A DNA stretch of 64,000 nt from an uncultured Elusimicrobia bacterium (lineage in GTDB: Bacteria; Elusimicrobiota; Elusimicrobia; Elusimicrobiales; UBA9959). Shown here piece by piece: positions 55,242 through 63,125 of the stretch. Positions within the stretch are counted from its first letter, which is position 1; every line of letters starts with the position of its first letter. Under the pieces are notes generated by a model. The model saw nothing but the letters and a program-made list of their open reading frames with translations. It did not search any database and was not told the origin of the DNA. The position numbers and the translations under genes are program-made. The stretch covers positions 65-64,064 of the forward strand of contig CAIPTO010000029.1 in assembly GCA_903867985.1 (NCBI GenBank). The letters run 5' to 3'.

Positions 55242-55324
55242 GGTAGAGGGGATAGGGTTGAGGGTAAAGTTATAAGGAGCTCCTTACCCTGAACCCTAAA
55301 CCCTAAACCCTGAACCCTTACCCT
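55240..55324 (+). repeat. Intergenic heptad fold-back element, GGGT/ACCC class, with a G4 motif
   Basis: The left arm is GGGTAGA GGGGATA GGGTTGA GGGTAAA, the apex palindrome is TAAGGAGCTCCTTA, and the right arm is CCCTGAA CCCTAAA CCCTAAA CCCTGAA CCCTTA CCCT. It fills the entire murC-rsmA spacer. Confidence 0.8.
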
Positions 55325-56098
55325 ATGCCTAAATACAGTCAGGTTTTTTTGAAGGACGCCGGGTTGTGCGAAGATATCGCCACAGCTCTCGGACCGGAGG
55401 AGTTCGGTTTGGGCGTGGAGATCGGCCCGGGGCGTGGCGCCCTTACGGAATTTCTCTATCCGTTGTGGGGAAATAAGTTTTCAGCGGTGGAAATAGATCC
55501 ACTGATGACGGCCCGCATAAAGGAGAAATTCCCTGGCGTACGGATAATAAATTCTGATTTTCTGACCCTTGACCTGGAGACGGTTTTACCCGCAGGAACG
55601 GCGGCGTTCATCGGTAATCTGCCGTACGAATGCTCCACTGCCATACTTATGAAAGTGCTGGCTTTCAGCCGTGTGGGCGCCGCGGTGTTCATGTTCCAGA
55701 GAGAGGTGGCAAGGAAAATAACCGCGCTCACGGGAGATTCAGATTACGGTTACCTGTCAGTAGCCGTCCAGTCCCAGAGCGAGGCTGCGCTGCTGGTGGA
55801 TGTGCCGGCCGCCAGTTTCACCCCGGTCCCGAAGGTGGATTCTTCGGTGCTTGTCTTCAAGCCGCGGCCGACTTTCCTCACGGTCGAACGACGGCAATAT
55901 TTTCTCAATTTCGTGAAAAACGCTTTCTCGCACCGGCGCAAGACGTTGGCCAATTCTCTGTCACTTGGCCTGGGTGCGGATAAGGAAGAAGTTTATAACC
56001 GCATCAAGGCCGCCGGTTTCAACCCCGGCCTGCGGCCGCAGAACCTCTCGCTGGAGGATTACCTCAGCCTTTCAGCCGCTTTCGCGGGCGGAAAGTAA
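55325..56098 (+). CDS. rsmA: 16S rRNA (adenine1518/1519-N6)-dimethyltransferase
   Basis: SQVFLKD, the EIGPGRGALT SAM motif and GNLPY are present. Confidence 0.9.
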   Translation: MPKYSQVFLKDAGLCEDIATALGPEEFGLGVEIGPGRGALTEFLYPLWGNKFSAVEIDPLMTARIKEKFPGVRIINSDFLTLDLETVLPAGTAAFIGNLPYECSTAILMKVLAFSRVGAAVFMFQREVARKITALTGDSDYGYLSVAVQSQSEAALLVDVPAASFTPVPKVDSSVLVFKPRPTFLTVERRQYFLNFVKNAFSHRRKTLANSLSLGLGADKEEVYNRIKAAGFNPGLRPQNLSLEDYLSLSAAFAGGK

Positions 56099-56218
56099 TT
56101 CGTTATGATGCGCAGTGCGCGGATATCGAACTGCATATAATTGTAAAGTGGTATAATTGAGGAGATCTCAAAACTGAGATTATAAGGTAAGGTTAGGGAT
56201 CCCGCTAAATGGACAGCT

Positions 56219-57256
56219 ATGAACATACATGAGAAACGTTTACACGATCTGCAGTGCCTCCTGAAAAAAGAAAAACTTGACGCAATAGTCCTTTCCAGGC
56301 CGCTGGAACAGGTTTTTTTTACCGGATTTCGCATGGACGGAATGGTTATGCTTGTTTCCAGGAGTTCAGCCTGGGCTTTCATGCCTAAGATGCTCCTTGA
56401 CCAATTCAAGTCGAAGGTGTCTTTCTTCAGCGCAGCTGCCCCGGAAAGTCTGCTGGAGGCGGTGATCCTGAAAATGAGGGACGGAAAATTTAAGAAAACT
56501 ATTTTTGAGCCGGAAACCGAAACTTATTTGCGGGGCCGGTTTTGGCGGAAGAAAGGTCTTTCTGAATTTAGAGGCCTTACGGCAGGTCTGCGATTGGTTA
56601 AAGAGGGGGAGGAGATTTCCATATTGCGCCAATCCTGCCGGATTGCAGCCAAGGCTTTCGGAATAATAAAACCGAGGATAAAAACCGGCCGCACGGAGGT
56701 TTCCGTTTCCAGGGAACTTGAGGACATCATGCAGGCCATGGGCGCCAGGGGGCCCAGCTTCAGCCTGATAGTGGGATTCGGGCCGGATTCCGCGTTGCCC
56801 CATCACGACACATCCGCCAGGCCGCTCGGGGCAAACGAGGCGGTGCTGCTGGATTTCGGCTGCGTGTATAACGGCTACTGTTCCGATATCACCAGGACTT
56901 ATTTCCACGGCAAGCCGGACAAAGAATTTAAAAAAATATATTCAATCGTTGAGGCCGCCCAAAAGGCCGGCGTCAAGAAAGTCAGGGCCGGAGTTAAAGC
57001 TGCCGAAGTTGATAAGGCCTGCCGCGATTATATCTCGGATGCCGGGTTCGGCCAGTATTTTATCCACGGCACCGGACACGGCGTGGGCCTCGAGATCCAT
57101 GAGGCTCCGACTCTGAACACTAAATCCAGGGATACGCTCCGGGCGGGCATGGCTGTCACGGTGGAACCCGGCATTTATCTGCCCGGGAAGTTCGGAGTGC
57201 GCATAGAGGATTCAGTGCTGGTTAAAAAAGGCGGATGCGAAATTTTAACAAAGTAG
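56219..57256 (+). CDS. M24 family Xaa-Pro aminopeptidase/dipeptidase
   Basis: HGTGHGVGLEIHEAP and VEPGIY are present, together with the metal ligands of the pita-bread fold. Confidence 0.85.
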   Translation: MNIHEKRLHDLQCLLKKEKLDAIVLSRPLEQVFFTGFRMDGMVMLVSRSSAWAFMPKMLLDQFKSKVSFFSAAAPESLLEAVILKMRDGKFKKTIFEPETETYLRGRFWRKKGLSEFRGLTAGLRLVKEGEEISILRQSCRIAAKAFGIIKPRIKTGRTEVSVSRELEDIMQAMGARGPSFSLIVGFGPDSALPHHDTSARPLGANEAVLLDFGCVYNGYCSDITRTYFHGKPDKEFKKIYSIVEAAQKAGVKKVRAGVKAAEVDKACRDYISDAGFGQYFIHGTGHGVGLEIHEAPTLNTKSRDTLRAGMAVTVEPGIYLPGKFGVRIEDSVLVKKGGCEILTK

Positions 57257-57331
57257 GCATCAGGCTGCGGATCACAAGTTTCGGGCAATAGAAAGTTGCT
57301 GCCTGAAACCCTGCACCCGTAACCTGAAGCC
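57256..57331 (+). repeat. Intergenic heptad fold-back element
   Basis: The left arm is GGCATCAGGCTGCGG. The reverse complement of the right arm is GGCTTCAGGTTACGG. The right arm units are GCCTGAA ACCCTGC ACCCGTA ACCTGAA. Confidence 0.6.
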
Positions 57332-57352
57332 GACATCTTAGCAGGAGGAAAC

Positions 57353-57916
57353 ATGATTATATTAACGATAGTGCTTCTTGCGGTTGTTATGTGGGTGGTT
57401 TTAATATTCAACGGCCTGATTAAACTTCGTAACCAGGTGGCTAACGCTTTTAAGCAGATAGACGTGCAATTGAAGCGGCGTTATGACCTTATCCCCAATC
57501 TGGTAAATTCCGTAAAAGGCGAGATGAAATTCGAGCAGTCCACTCTGGAGAAAGTCATACAGGCCCGCGCAGCGGCGATGAACGCGGGAGCCGCCGGGAA
57601 TATGAACGAAATTCTGGCTAAGGAAGGTATGCTTACCCAGGCCCTGGGCAAGCTTATAGCCCTCACGGAGAACTATCCCAACCTTAAGGCCAATGAATCA
57701 GTCAAGCCCCTTATGGAAGAACTGACGCACACTGAGAACCAGATCGGTTTCGCCAGGCAGTTCTATAACGATATCGTTACCAAGTTCAATACTGAACAGC
57801 AGGTTTTCCCGAACAATATGTTCGCGGCTATGATGGGCTTTTCGTCCGCGGTTCTGTTTGAGCTTCCTCAGGATTCTGCGGACAGGGAAGTTCCGAAAGT
57901 GGACCTTGCGGTATAA
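57353..57916 (+). CDS. lemA: LemA family protein
   Basis: An N-terminal TM helix is followed by the LemA core (RYDLIPNLV...ENYPNLKA...ENQI..AR..YN). Confidence 0.9.
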   Translation: MIILTIVLLAVVMWVVLIFNGLIKLRNQVANAFKQIDVQLKRRYDLIPNLVNSVKGEMKFEQSTLEKVIQARAAAMNAGAAGNMNEILAKEGMLTQALGKLIALTENYPNLKANESVKPLMEELTHTENQIGFARQFYNDIVTKFNTEQQVFPNNMFAAMMGFSSAVLFELPQDSADREVPKVDLAV

Positions 57917-57921
57917 CAAAA

Positions 57922-58000
57922 AGGGCATAGGGTATGGGGTTTAGGGTATAGTTATAAAAACTTCACCCTAGACCTGCTGCCCTGACCTCTGAACCCTAAC
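57922..58000 (+). repeat. Intergenic heptad fold-back element, GGGT/ACCC class, with a G4 motif
   Basis: The left arm is AGGGCAT AGGGTAT GGGGTTT AGGGTAT, and the right arm is CACCCTA GACCTGC TGCCCTG ACCTCTG AACCCTA. It ends 2 nt before the next ATG. Confidence 0.75.
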
Positions 58001-58002
58001 TG

Positions 58003-59064
58003 ATGAACATCTACGAGCAGCAGGCCAGGAACAGGCGCATGACTTGGGGAATCATGTTCGTTTTTGTCGTTTTTTTTCTTGTAATCGGAATGGGTTTTGA
58101 TTTTTTCTACCTGAGGTTTAGTCCGCTAAAGGCGCCCGCTTACAAGTGGAATTCTTTAGGTTACTACGAAGCCTCCGTAGCCTCCCAGCCGGTGCCTTAC
58201 GGCACCATTTTTGCCCTGCTGATAGGCTTAGGGATGGTGGCCAACAGTATGGTGAACGGAGCCAAAATGGTGCTGCGTTCCACACAGGCTCGTCTTGCCG
58301 TGCCCACGGATGAAAAAGAACGCCAGTTCATTAATGTGGTCGCGGAAATGTCAACAGCTTCAGGGTTACAGCGGCCGCAGGCGTATATAGTTCCGGACGC
58401 CGACCTTAACGCTTTCGCAGCCGGGATAAATCCGGGAAACGCGGTGATCGCCGTTACCGAGGGACTTTTGAGTTCGCTCAACAGGGAGGAGCTGCAGGCA
58501 GTAGTGGCCCATGAGATGAGCCATATTAAAAATTACGACATGCGCCTTATGACGGTGTCGGCTGCTCTGATGGGCGCTATAGCTCTCTTAAGCGATCTGG
58601 CTGGCCGGACCATGCGCCCCCGCTATGGTTCTTCTCTGTCTGGTTCCTCCTCCGTGCCAGGATCTTCTTCCGGGGGGCGTAAAAGCGGAGGCGGGGTGCT
58701 CATGCTGGTCGTTTTCGTGCTCTGGCTGCTGCTGGTGGTTCTGGCGCCGCTTATCTCGCGCATGCTGGCCATGGCTATTTCCCGCGAACGGGAATATCTG
58801 GCCGATGCTTCCGGCGCCGAACTTACGCGCAATCCCCTGGCTCTGGTGTCCGCGCTCGAGAAGATCCGCGCTGCCGTAACGCCGACCTACTCAATTAATA
58901 ACGGCGTTGCGCATATGTGCATCACGGATCCGCGCGGCAGCCTGATAGAGGAAAAAATGGGCCTTGCGGCCGACCTGTTCGCCACGCATCCTCCCATGCA
59001 AAAAAGGATACTCGCTTTAAAAGTTATGGCTTATCAGAATGCCAGGGTGGAGGGTAGAGGGTAG
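58003..59064 (+). CDS. M48 family peptidase, HtpX-like, with a Ser/Gly-rich insert
   Basis: HEMSHIKNYD is the zinc motif. The protein has TM helices and is paired with lemA. Its last 7 codons lie inside the repeat. Confidence 0.85.
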   Translation: MNIYEQQARNRRMTWGIMFVFVVFFLVIGMGFDFFYLRFSPLKAPAYKWNSLGYYEASVASQPVPYGTIFALLIGLGMVANSMVNGAKMVLRSTQARLAVPTDEKERQFINVVAEMSTASGLQRPQAYIVPDADLNAFAAGINPGNAVIAVTEGLLSSLNREELQAVVAHEMSHIKNYDMRLMTVSAALMGAIALLSDLAGRTMRPRYGSSLSGSSSVPGSSSGGRKSGGGVLMLVVFVLWLLLVVLAPLISRMLAMAISREREYLADASGAELTRNPLALVSALEKIRAAVTPTYSINNGVAHMCITDPRGSLIEEKMGLAADLFATHPPMQKRILALKVMAYQNARVEGRG

Positions 59065-59125
59065 AGGTTTGAGGGTTGAGAAGTATTATCCAACCCTATA
59101 CCCTACACCCTAACCCCTATACCCT
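59044..59125 (+). repeat. Intergenic heptad fold-back element, GGGT/ACCC class
   Basis: The left arm is CCAGGGT GGAGGGT AGAGGGT AGAGGTT TGAGGGT, and the right arm is CAACCCT ATACCCT ACACCCT AACCCCT ATACCCT. Confidence 0.8.
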
Positions 59126-59142
59126 GATTTGAGGAGAACGAC

Positions 59143-59718
59143 ATGATAACATCTACGCAGTTCAAAGAAGGCACGATATTTACCAATGAGAACGGGCAGA
59201 TAGTGGAAGTGCTGACCTATCAGCACCATCGCAAGTCGCAGGCCCGGGCCGTGGTAAGAGTTAAACTCCAGAACCTTGAAACCGGCGCTATTATCGAAAC
59301 CACCTACCGCCCCGAAGATAAATTTAAGGATGTGATGGTGGAAAAACGGCCCAAGACCTACCTTTATAGCGACGGCACGCTCGCACATTTTATGGATAAC
59401 GTAAGTTTCGAACAGGCCGGTCTGCCCATGTCCAAGATAGGGCCCTTGATGCAGTTCCTTACGGAAAACATGGAGGTGGAGGGCCTTTACCTCAACGATA
59501 AATTCTTCAACATCGCGCTGCCTGCCAATATCGTTATGACCATAACCGAGACCGTTGACAGTGTGAAGGGCGACACGGTTTCCAACGTGATGAAGGACGC
59601 CAAGGTCAACACAGGACTGGCGATAAAGGTCCCGATGTTCATTAAAGAGGGGGACAAGGTCCGCGTGGATACCCGCACTTTTGAGTATCTTGAAAGAGTG
59701 ACAGAGCCTAAAAGATAG
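59143..59718 (+). CDS. efp: Elongation factor P
   Basis: The N-terminal KOW-like domain and the VKLQNLETG block are present, in a 191-aa protein with a strong SD (GAGGAG). Confidence 0.9.
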   Translation: MITSTQFKEGTIFTNENGQIVEVLTYQHHRKSQARAVVRVKLQNLETGAIIETTYRPEDKFKDVMVEKRPKTYLYSDGTLAHFMDNVSFEQAGLPMSKIGPLMQFLTENMEVEGLYLNDKFFNIALPANIVMTITETVDSVKGDTVSNVMKDAKVNTGLAIKVPMFIKEGDKVRVDTRTFEYLERVTEPKR

Positions 59719-59820
59719 TGACGAGTGTGTAGCGGGAGGGCAGGAATGTTTTCTTCTCTGCGTACGGCTTACTGCGTGCGCGGCGCACTTGTAGCTTATG
59801 GCAACAGACTTTGAGAAATT

Positions 59821-60507
59821 ATGATTAAAGCCGTTATTTTTGATATCGACAATACCCTGATGGATTTTATGCGCATGAAGCGCGCCTCGGTGGATGCGGC
59901 AGTGGATGCAATGCTTGATGCGGGCCTGCCCATGAAGAAGGAGAAGATGTACGAGTCGATCTTTGAGACCTACTGGAAAGAAGGCATCGAAGATCAGAAT
60001 ATATTTGACAAGGTCCTGGTTAAGGAATTCGGGGCGGTAGATTACAGGATCCTGGCGGCCGGAATCATTGGTTACAAGCGGGCTAAAGAAGGCCACATGA
60101 CGCTGTATCCGCGCGTAAAACTCACCCTCACCGAGCTTATGAAGAGCGGTATAAAAATGGGAGTGGTTTCCGACGCGCCGCGCCTGTCGGTCTGGCTGCG
60201 CATCGTTGCGCTGGGGTTGCATCATTATTTTGAGCATATAGTCACTTTTGAAGACACCGGGGAACGTAAGCCATCCCCGAAGCCGTTCAAGAAAATATTG
60301 GGCCTGCTGGCGGTTTCGCCGCAGGAGGCCGTTATGGTCGGAGATTGGGCGGAGCGGGACATCAAAGGCGCCAAGGCCCTTGGCATCCGCACAGCCTGGG
60401 CTAAGTACGGCAACGAGTTTGACACCAAGGTCTCCGGCGCGGATTATGAGCTGGACGATATATACGATATGGTCAGGATAATTCGGAAAATAAATGAAAA
60501 AAAATAA
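59821..60507 (+). CDS. HAD-superfamily hydrolase (subfamily IA-like)
   Basis: Motif I is IFDIDNTLMDF and motif IV is MVGDWAERDIKGAK. Confidence 0.8.
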   Translation: MIKAVIFDIDNTLMDFMRMKRASVDAAVDAMLDAGLPMKKEKMYESIFETYWKEGIEDQNIFDKVLVKEFGAVDYRILAAGIIGYKRAKEGHMTLYPRVKLTLTELMKSGIKMGVVSDAPRLSVWLRIVALGLHHYFEHIVTFEDTGERKPSPKPFKKILGLLAVSPQEAVMVGDWAERDIKGAKALGIRTAWAKYGNEFDTKVSGADYELDDIYDMVRIIRKINEKK

Positions 60508-61066
60508 ATTCCCGGCCTGTATTGCGGCGGTTCTTATCCTGTCTGCTCTAAACGCCGGTGCGCTTGAAATAACCGCCGCGGCCCCCGCGGCCACGGAAAA
60601 AGGGAAAGCCGCTGATTTTGTTTTTTCAGGGTCCGTCATAGTGAAAAATATCGCTTTTGAAAAAGGCGCGGTCGTCATGCCGGTTACCGAATACAAGGAC
60701 AGGGTTTATACGGACATAAGGCTGTTGTCTAAATCTCTTTACGAAAAGTTGGGGGCTTGTTTTTCCGAAAAAAAGTGCGACTATGCCGGTAAGGCCGCGA
60801 AGCCAAAGCTTTCAGTTTTGGAGGTTAAGCCTCTAAAATCCAAAGCCCGGGTGGCCAATGTGATATTGGCTTTTGACGGAGATCTGTCGGTCACTTTCGG
60901 CGTTATTAAGAAGGTTTCAGGCGAACTCTGGGCGGCTTATCCGGCTAATTTTGAGGTAAAGGATCCTCTTCTTAAGGATTTGATTGAAAATAAAGTCAAA
61001 GAGGCCTTCAATAGCGCGTTCCGGTCTGATAAACGAGCCGGCGGCGCCGCGGTCGTTAAGAAGTAA
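60494..61066 (+). CDS. Hypothetical secreted protein (possible tandem SpoVG-like fold)
   Basis: A signal peptide is present. Two segments weakly resemble the SpoVG core (VIVKNIAFEKGAVVMPV...YTDI). This call is very tentative. Confidence 0.4.
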   Translation: MKKNKFPACIAAVLILSALNAGALEITAAAPAATEKGKAADFVFSGSVIVKNIAFEKGAVVMPVTEYKDRVYTDIRLLSKSLYEKLGACFSEKKCDYAGKAAKPKLSVLEVKPLKSKARVANVILAFDGDLSVTFGVIKKVSGELWAAYPANFEVKDPLLKDLIENKVKEAFNSAFRSDKRAGGAAVVKK

Positions 61067-62689
61067 ATGAAAAACCACTTGTTTCCCCGGATATCTGTTT
61101 CAGCATTTTTTCTGATTATTCTCTGCGTTCCCGCAGCCTTCGCCTTGAGAACGGAATATCTGCCGGCTTCCGGCCCTGCCGCCGCTCCGGCCGCAGGTGA
61201 AGCGGGGCGCGGACGTGAGGTCGCCTCCGGGCGGGCTCTGGTGAAGTTTTCGCCTGAAATATCATCTTCCGCTAAACGCGAGCTTTTGAGCGCTGCCGGT
61301 TTTGAATTGGTCAGGGATTTTAAATCAATAGGATGGGCAGTGGTTAAATTGCCGCAGGGGAGCAGCGTGGCCGCGTCCTTGCCGGCGCTGAGGGCTCTTG
61401 CCGGAGTTCTGGCCGCGGAGCCGTCCGGCGTCTACCGTGCCGCGAAAGTGCCAATAGATACGTATCGGGCGGAACAATACGGGCTGGCCAGGATCGACGC
61501 TTTCAGAGCCTGGGATATTGAGACCGGGTTCTCCAATCTGGTAACCGTGGCTGTTCTTGATACAGGGATAGACGGTTCGCATCCGGATCTTCTGCCAAAA
61601 CTGTCCGGAACAAGCCAGTTCTTTGACCCGGATAACGAGGGTGCTCAGACGACGAATGATCCGCCCACGCCGGCGTGCTCCCACGCCACCAAAGTCGCGG
61701 GCATAGCGGCCGCCGTTTCAGATAATTCCTACGGTATCGCCGGCATGTCCTGGGGGGCGCGCCTGCTGTCGCTTAAAGTATTTAGCGACGCCGACTGCAT
61801 GCCCGACTGTTCTGACAGGGCCGGGGCCAGCTTCTGCAGTACCGATGACACCGCTATAATCAGTGCGATTGATTATGCCGCAGATCAGCAGGATTCCCCG
61901 GCAACAGGTAAAATAGTGCTGAATATGAGCCTTGGGCAGCATACATTTTGCAGCGCCTCTCTCCAATCTTCGGTTGATAATGCTGTCAGCCGGGGACTGG
62001 TGCTGATAGCTGCCGCCGGCAATAATTCCGGCAGCGTGGATTCTCCGGCCAACTGTCTGAATGTGATACCGGTCGGCGCTACGGATATAAACGACAACAT
62101 CGCCTACTTCTCGGGCAGGGGTGCGGAAATGCTGAGCCGTGGCGTTACCGCTCCCGGAGTAGGTATTTTTTCTACCTCTCCCGGTCCCGGCGTAGTTTCC
62201 GACTCCGGAACCTCGTTCTCTTCCCCGCTGGTTGCCGGTTTGGCAGCTTTAATAATCTCCACCCGGCCCGTGCTGTCTCCTTCCGAGGTTGGGGATATTA
62301 TCAGAAATTCCGCCGATGAACGCGGAGCGGCCGGGCCGGATCCGATTTACGGTTTCGGACGTATTAACGCTTATAAAGGGCTGCTTCTGGCCGTGAATAA
62401 TAGCTCTTCCACTTTTATCCCATCTGCGACGCAGGTCAGGGCCTACGCCTTCCCCAGCCCGTACAAACCGGGCGCAGGCCTGCTTTCCTTTGTTGTCCCG
62501 GATGCAATAGCCGGCACGAGCCTGGTGATAACCATCTATACTGCCGAGGGGGAGGAAATAAATAAAATTTCCACGCGGACCTGGGACGGACATACTGAGG
62601 CCGGCCGCGTAGCGGCCAGCGGCGTATATCTGTTCTTCATGAAGACTGAAAAGGGCACGGCAAAGGGGAAATTCGCCCTGCTGCGGTAA
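61067..62689 (+). CDS. S8 family (subtilisin-like) serine peptidase, secreted
   Basis: The catalytic triad contexts are VAVLDTGID, HATKVAGIAA and GTSFSSPLVAGLAAL. A C-terminal beta-sandwich-like tail follows. Confidence 0.85.
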   Translation: MKNHLFPRISVSAFFLIILCVPAAFALRTEYLPASGPAAAPAAGEAGRGREVASGRALVKFSPEISSSAKRELLSAAGFELVRDFKSIGWAVVKLPQGSSVAASLPALRALAGVLAAEPSGVYRAAKVPIDTYRAEQYGLARIDAFRAWDIETGFSNLVTVAVLDTGIDGSHPDLLPKLSGTSQFFDPDNEGAQTTNDPPTPACSHATKVAGIAAAVSDNSYGIAGMSWGARLLSLKVFSDADCMPDCSDRAGASFCSTDDTAIISAIDYAADQQDSPATGKIVLNMSLGQHTFCSASLQSSVDNAVSRGLVLIAAAGNNSGSVDSPANCLNVIPVGATDINDNIAYFSGRGAEMLSRGVTAPGVGIFSTSPGPGVVSDSGTSFSSPLVAGLAALIISTRPVLSPSEVGDIIRNSADERGAAGPDPIYGFGRINAYKGLLLAVNNSSSTFIPSATQVRAYAFPSPYKPGAGLLSFVVPDAIAGTSLVITIYTAEGEEINKISTRTWDGHTEAGRVAASGVYLFFMKTEKGTAKGKFALLR

Positions 62690-62696
62690 CAACAGG

Positions 62697-62728
62697 GTTT
62701 AGGGCCAGGTAGGGTATGGAGATGAGGA
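62697..62728 (+). repeat. G-rich heptad array (orphan arm)
   Basis: CAGGGTT TAGGGCC AGGTAGG GTATGGA GATGAGG lies between the S8 peptidase and DUF192 genes. Confidence 0.5.
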
Positions 62729-62737
62729 AATTTGCGC

Positions 62738-63076
62738 ATGATATTTTTTAATAGAACCCGAAACGCAGTCGCGGCTGTAAAGGTGATCAAGGCCGATACT
62801 TTTAGTTCCAGATTGTTCGGGCTTATCCCGCGTAAAACGCTGGAACCGGAAGAAGGCTTGTGGCTGGACCCTTGCGCCATGATCCATACCTGCTTTATGA
62901 GCTTCCCGATAGACGCCGTTTTTCTTGATGCCGGTCTTAAGGTCGTGAAAGTCGTCCCGTCACTAAAGCCCTGGAGATTTTCTCCCTGGGTTTACGGGGC
63001 TAAAAGCGTGCTGGAGCTGGCTCCGGGCAGCGCGTCCGCAGTTCTGTCTGAGGGTGATTTTATGGAAGTCAGGTAA
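62738..63076 (+). CDS. DUF192 (COG1430) family protein
   Basis: RLFGLIPRKTLEPEEGLWLDPCAMIHTCFMSFPIDAVFLD matches my recollection of the DUF192 core. I preferred the ATG at 62738. Confidence 0.7.
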   Translation: MIFFNRTRNAVAAVKVIKADTFSSRLFGLIPRKTLEPEEGLWLDPCAMIHTCFMSFPIDAVFLDAGLKVVKVVPSLKPWRFSPWVYGAKSVLELAPGSASAVLSEGDFMEVR

Positions 63077-63125
63077 TTTTTGATTTGTAATAGGTTCGTA
63101 ATAAAATTATAATTATAAGTTGATT

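Noticed and set aside
55284-55324. (CCCTAAA)n/(CCCTGAA)n looks like plant-type telomere repeat, so I considered eukaryotic contamination or an assembly chimera.
   Set aside because: The array is only about 40 nt long. It sits precisely between the murC stop and the rsmA start, and it is the complementary arm of the adjacent G-rich array. Related but non-telomeric heptads occur in neighbouring spacers.
59110-60696. A 528-codon open frame on the minus strand spans efp, the efp-HAD spacer, the HAD gene and the start of the next gene. It is the longest single ORF in that region.
   Set aside because: It is codon-aligned antisense to efp and the HAD gene, both of which start at a coordinate equal to 1 mod 3. 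It therefore stays open simply because those genes avoid TTA, CTA and TCA codons. Its translation is His/Arg/Leu/Phe-rich with no motif, whereas the sense genes have strong SDs and unmistakable EF-P and HAD signatures.
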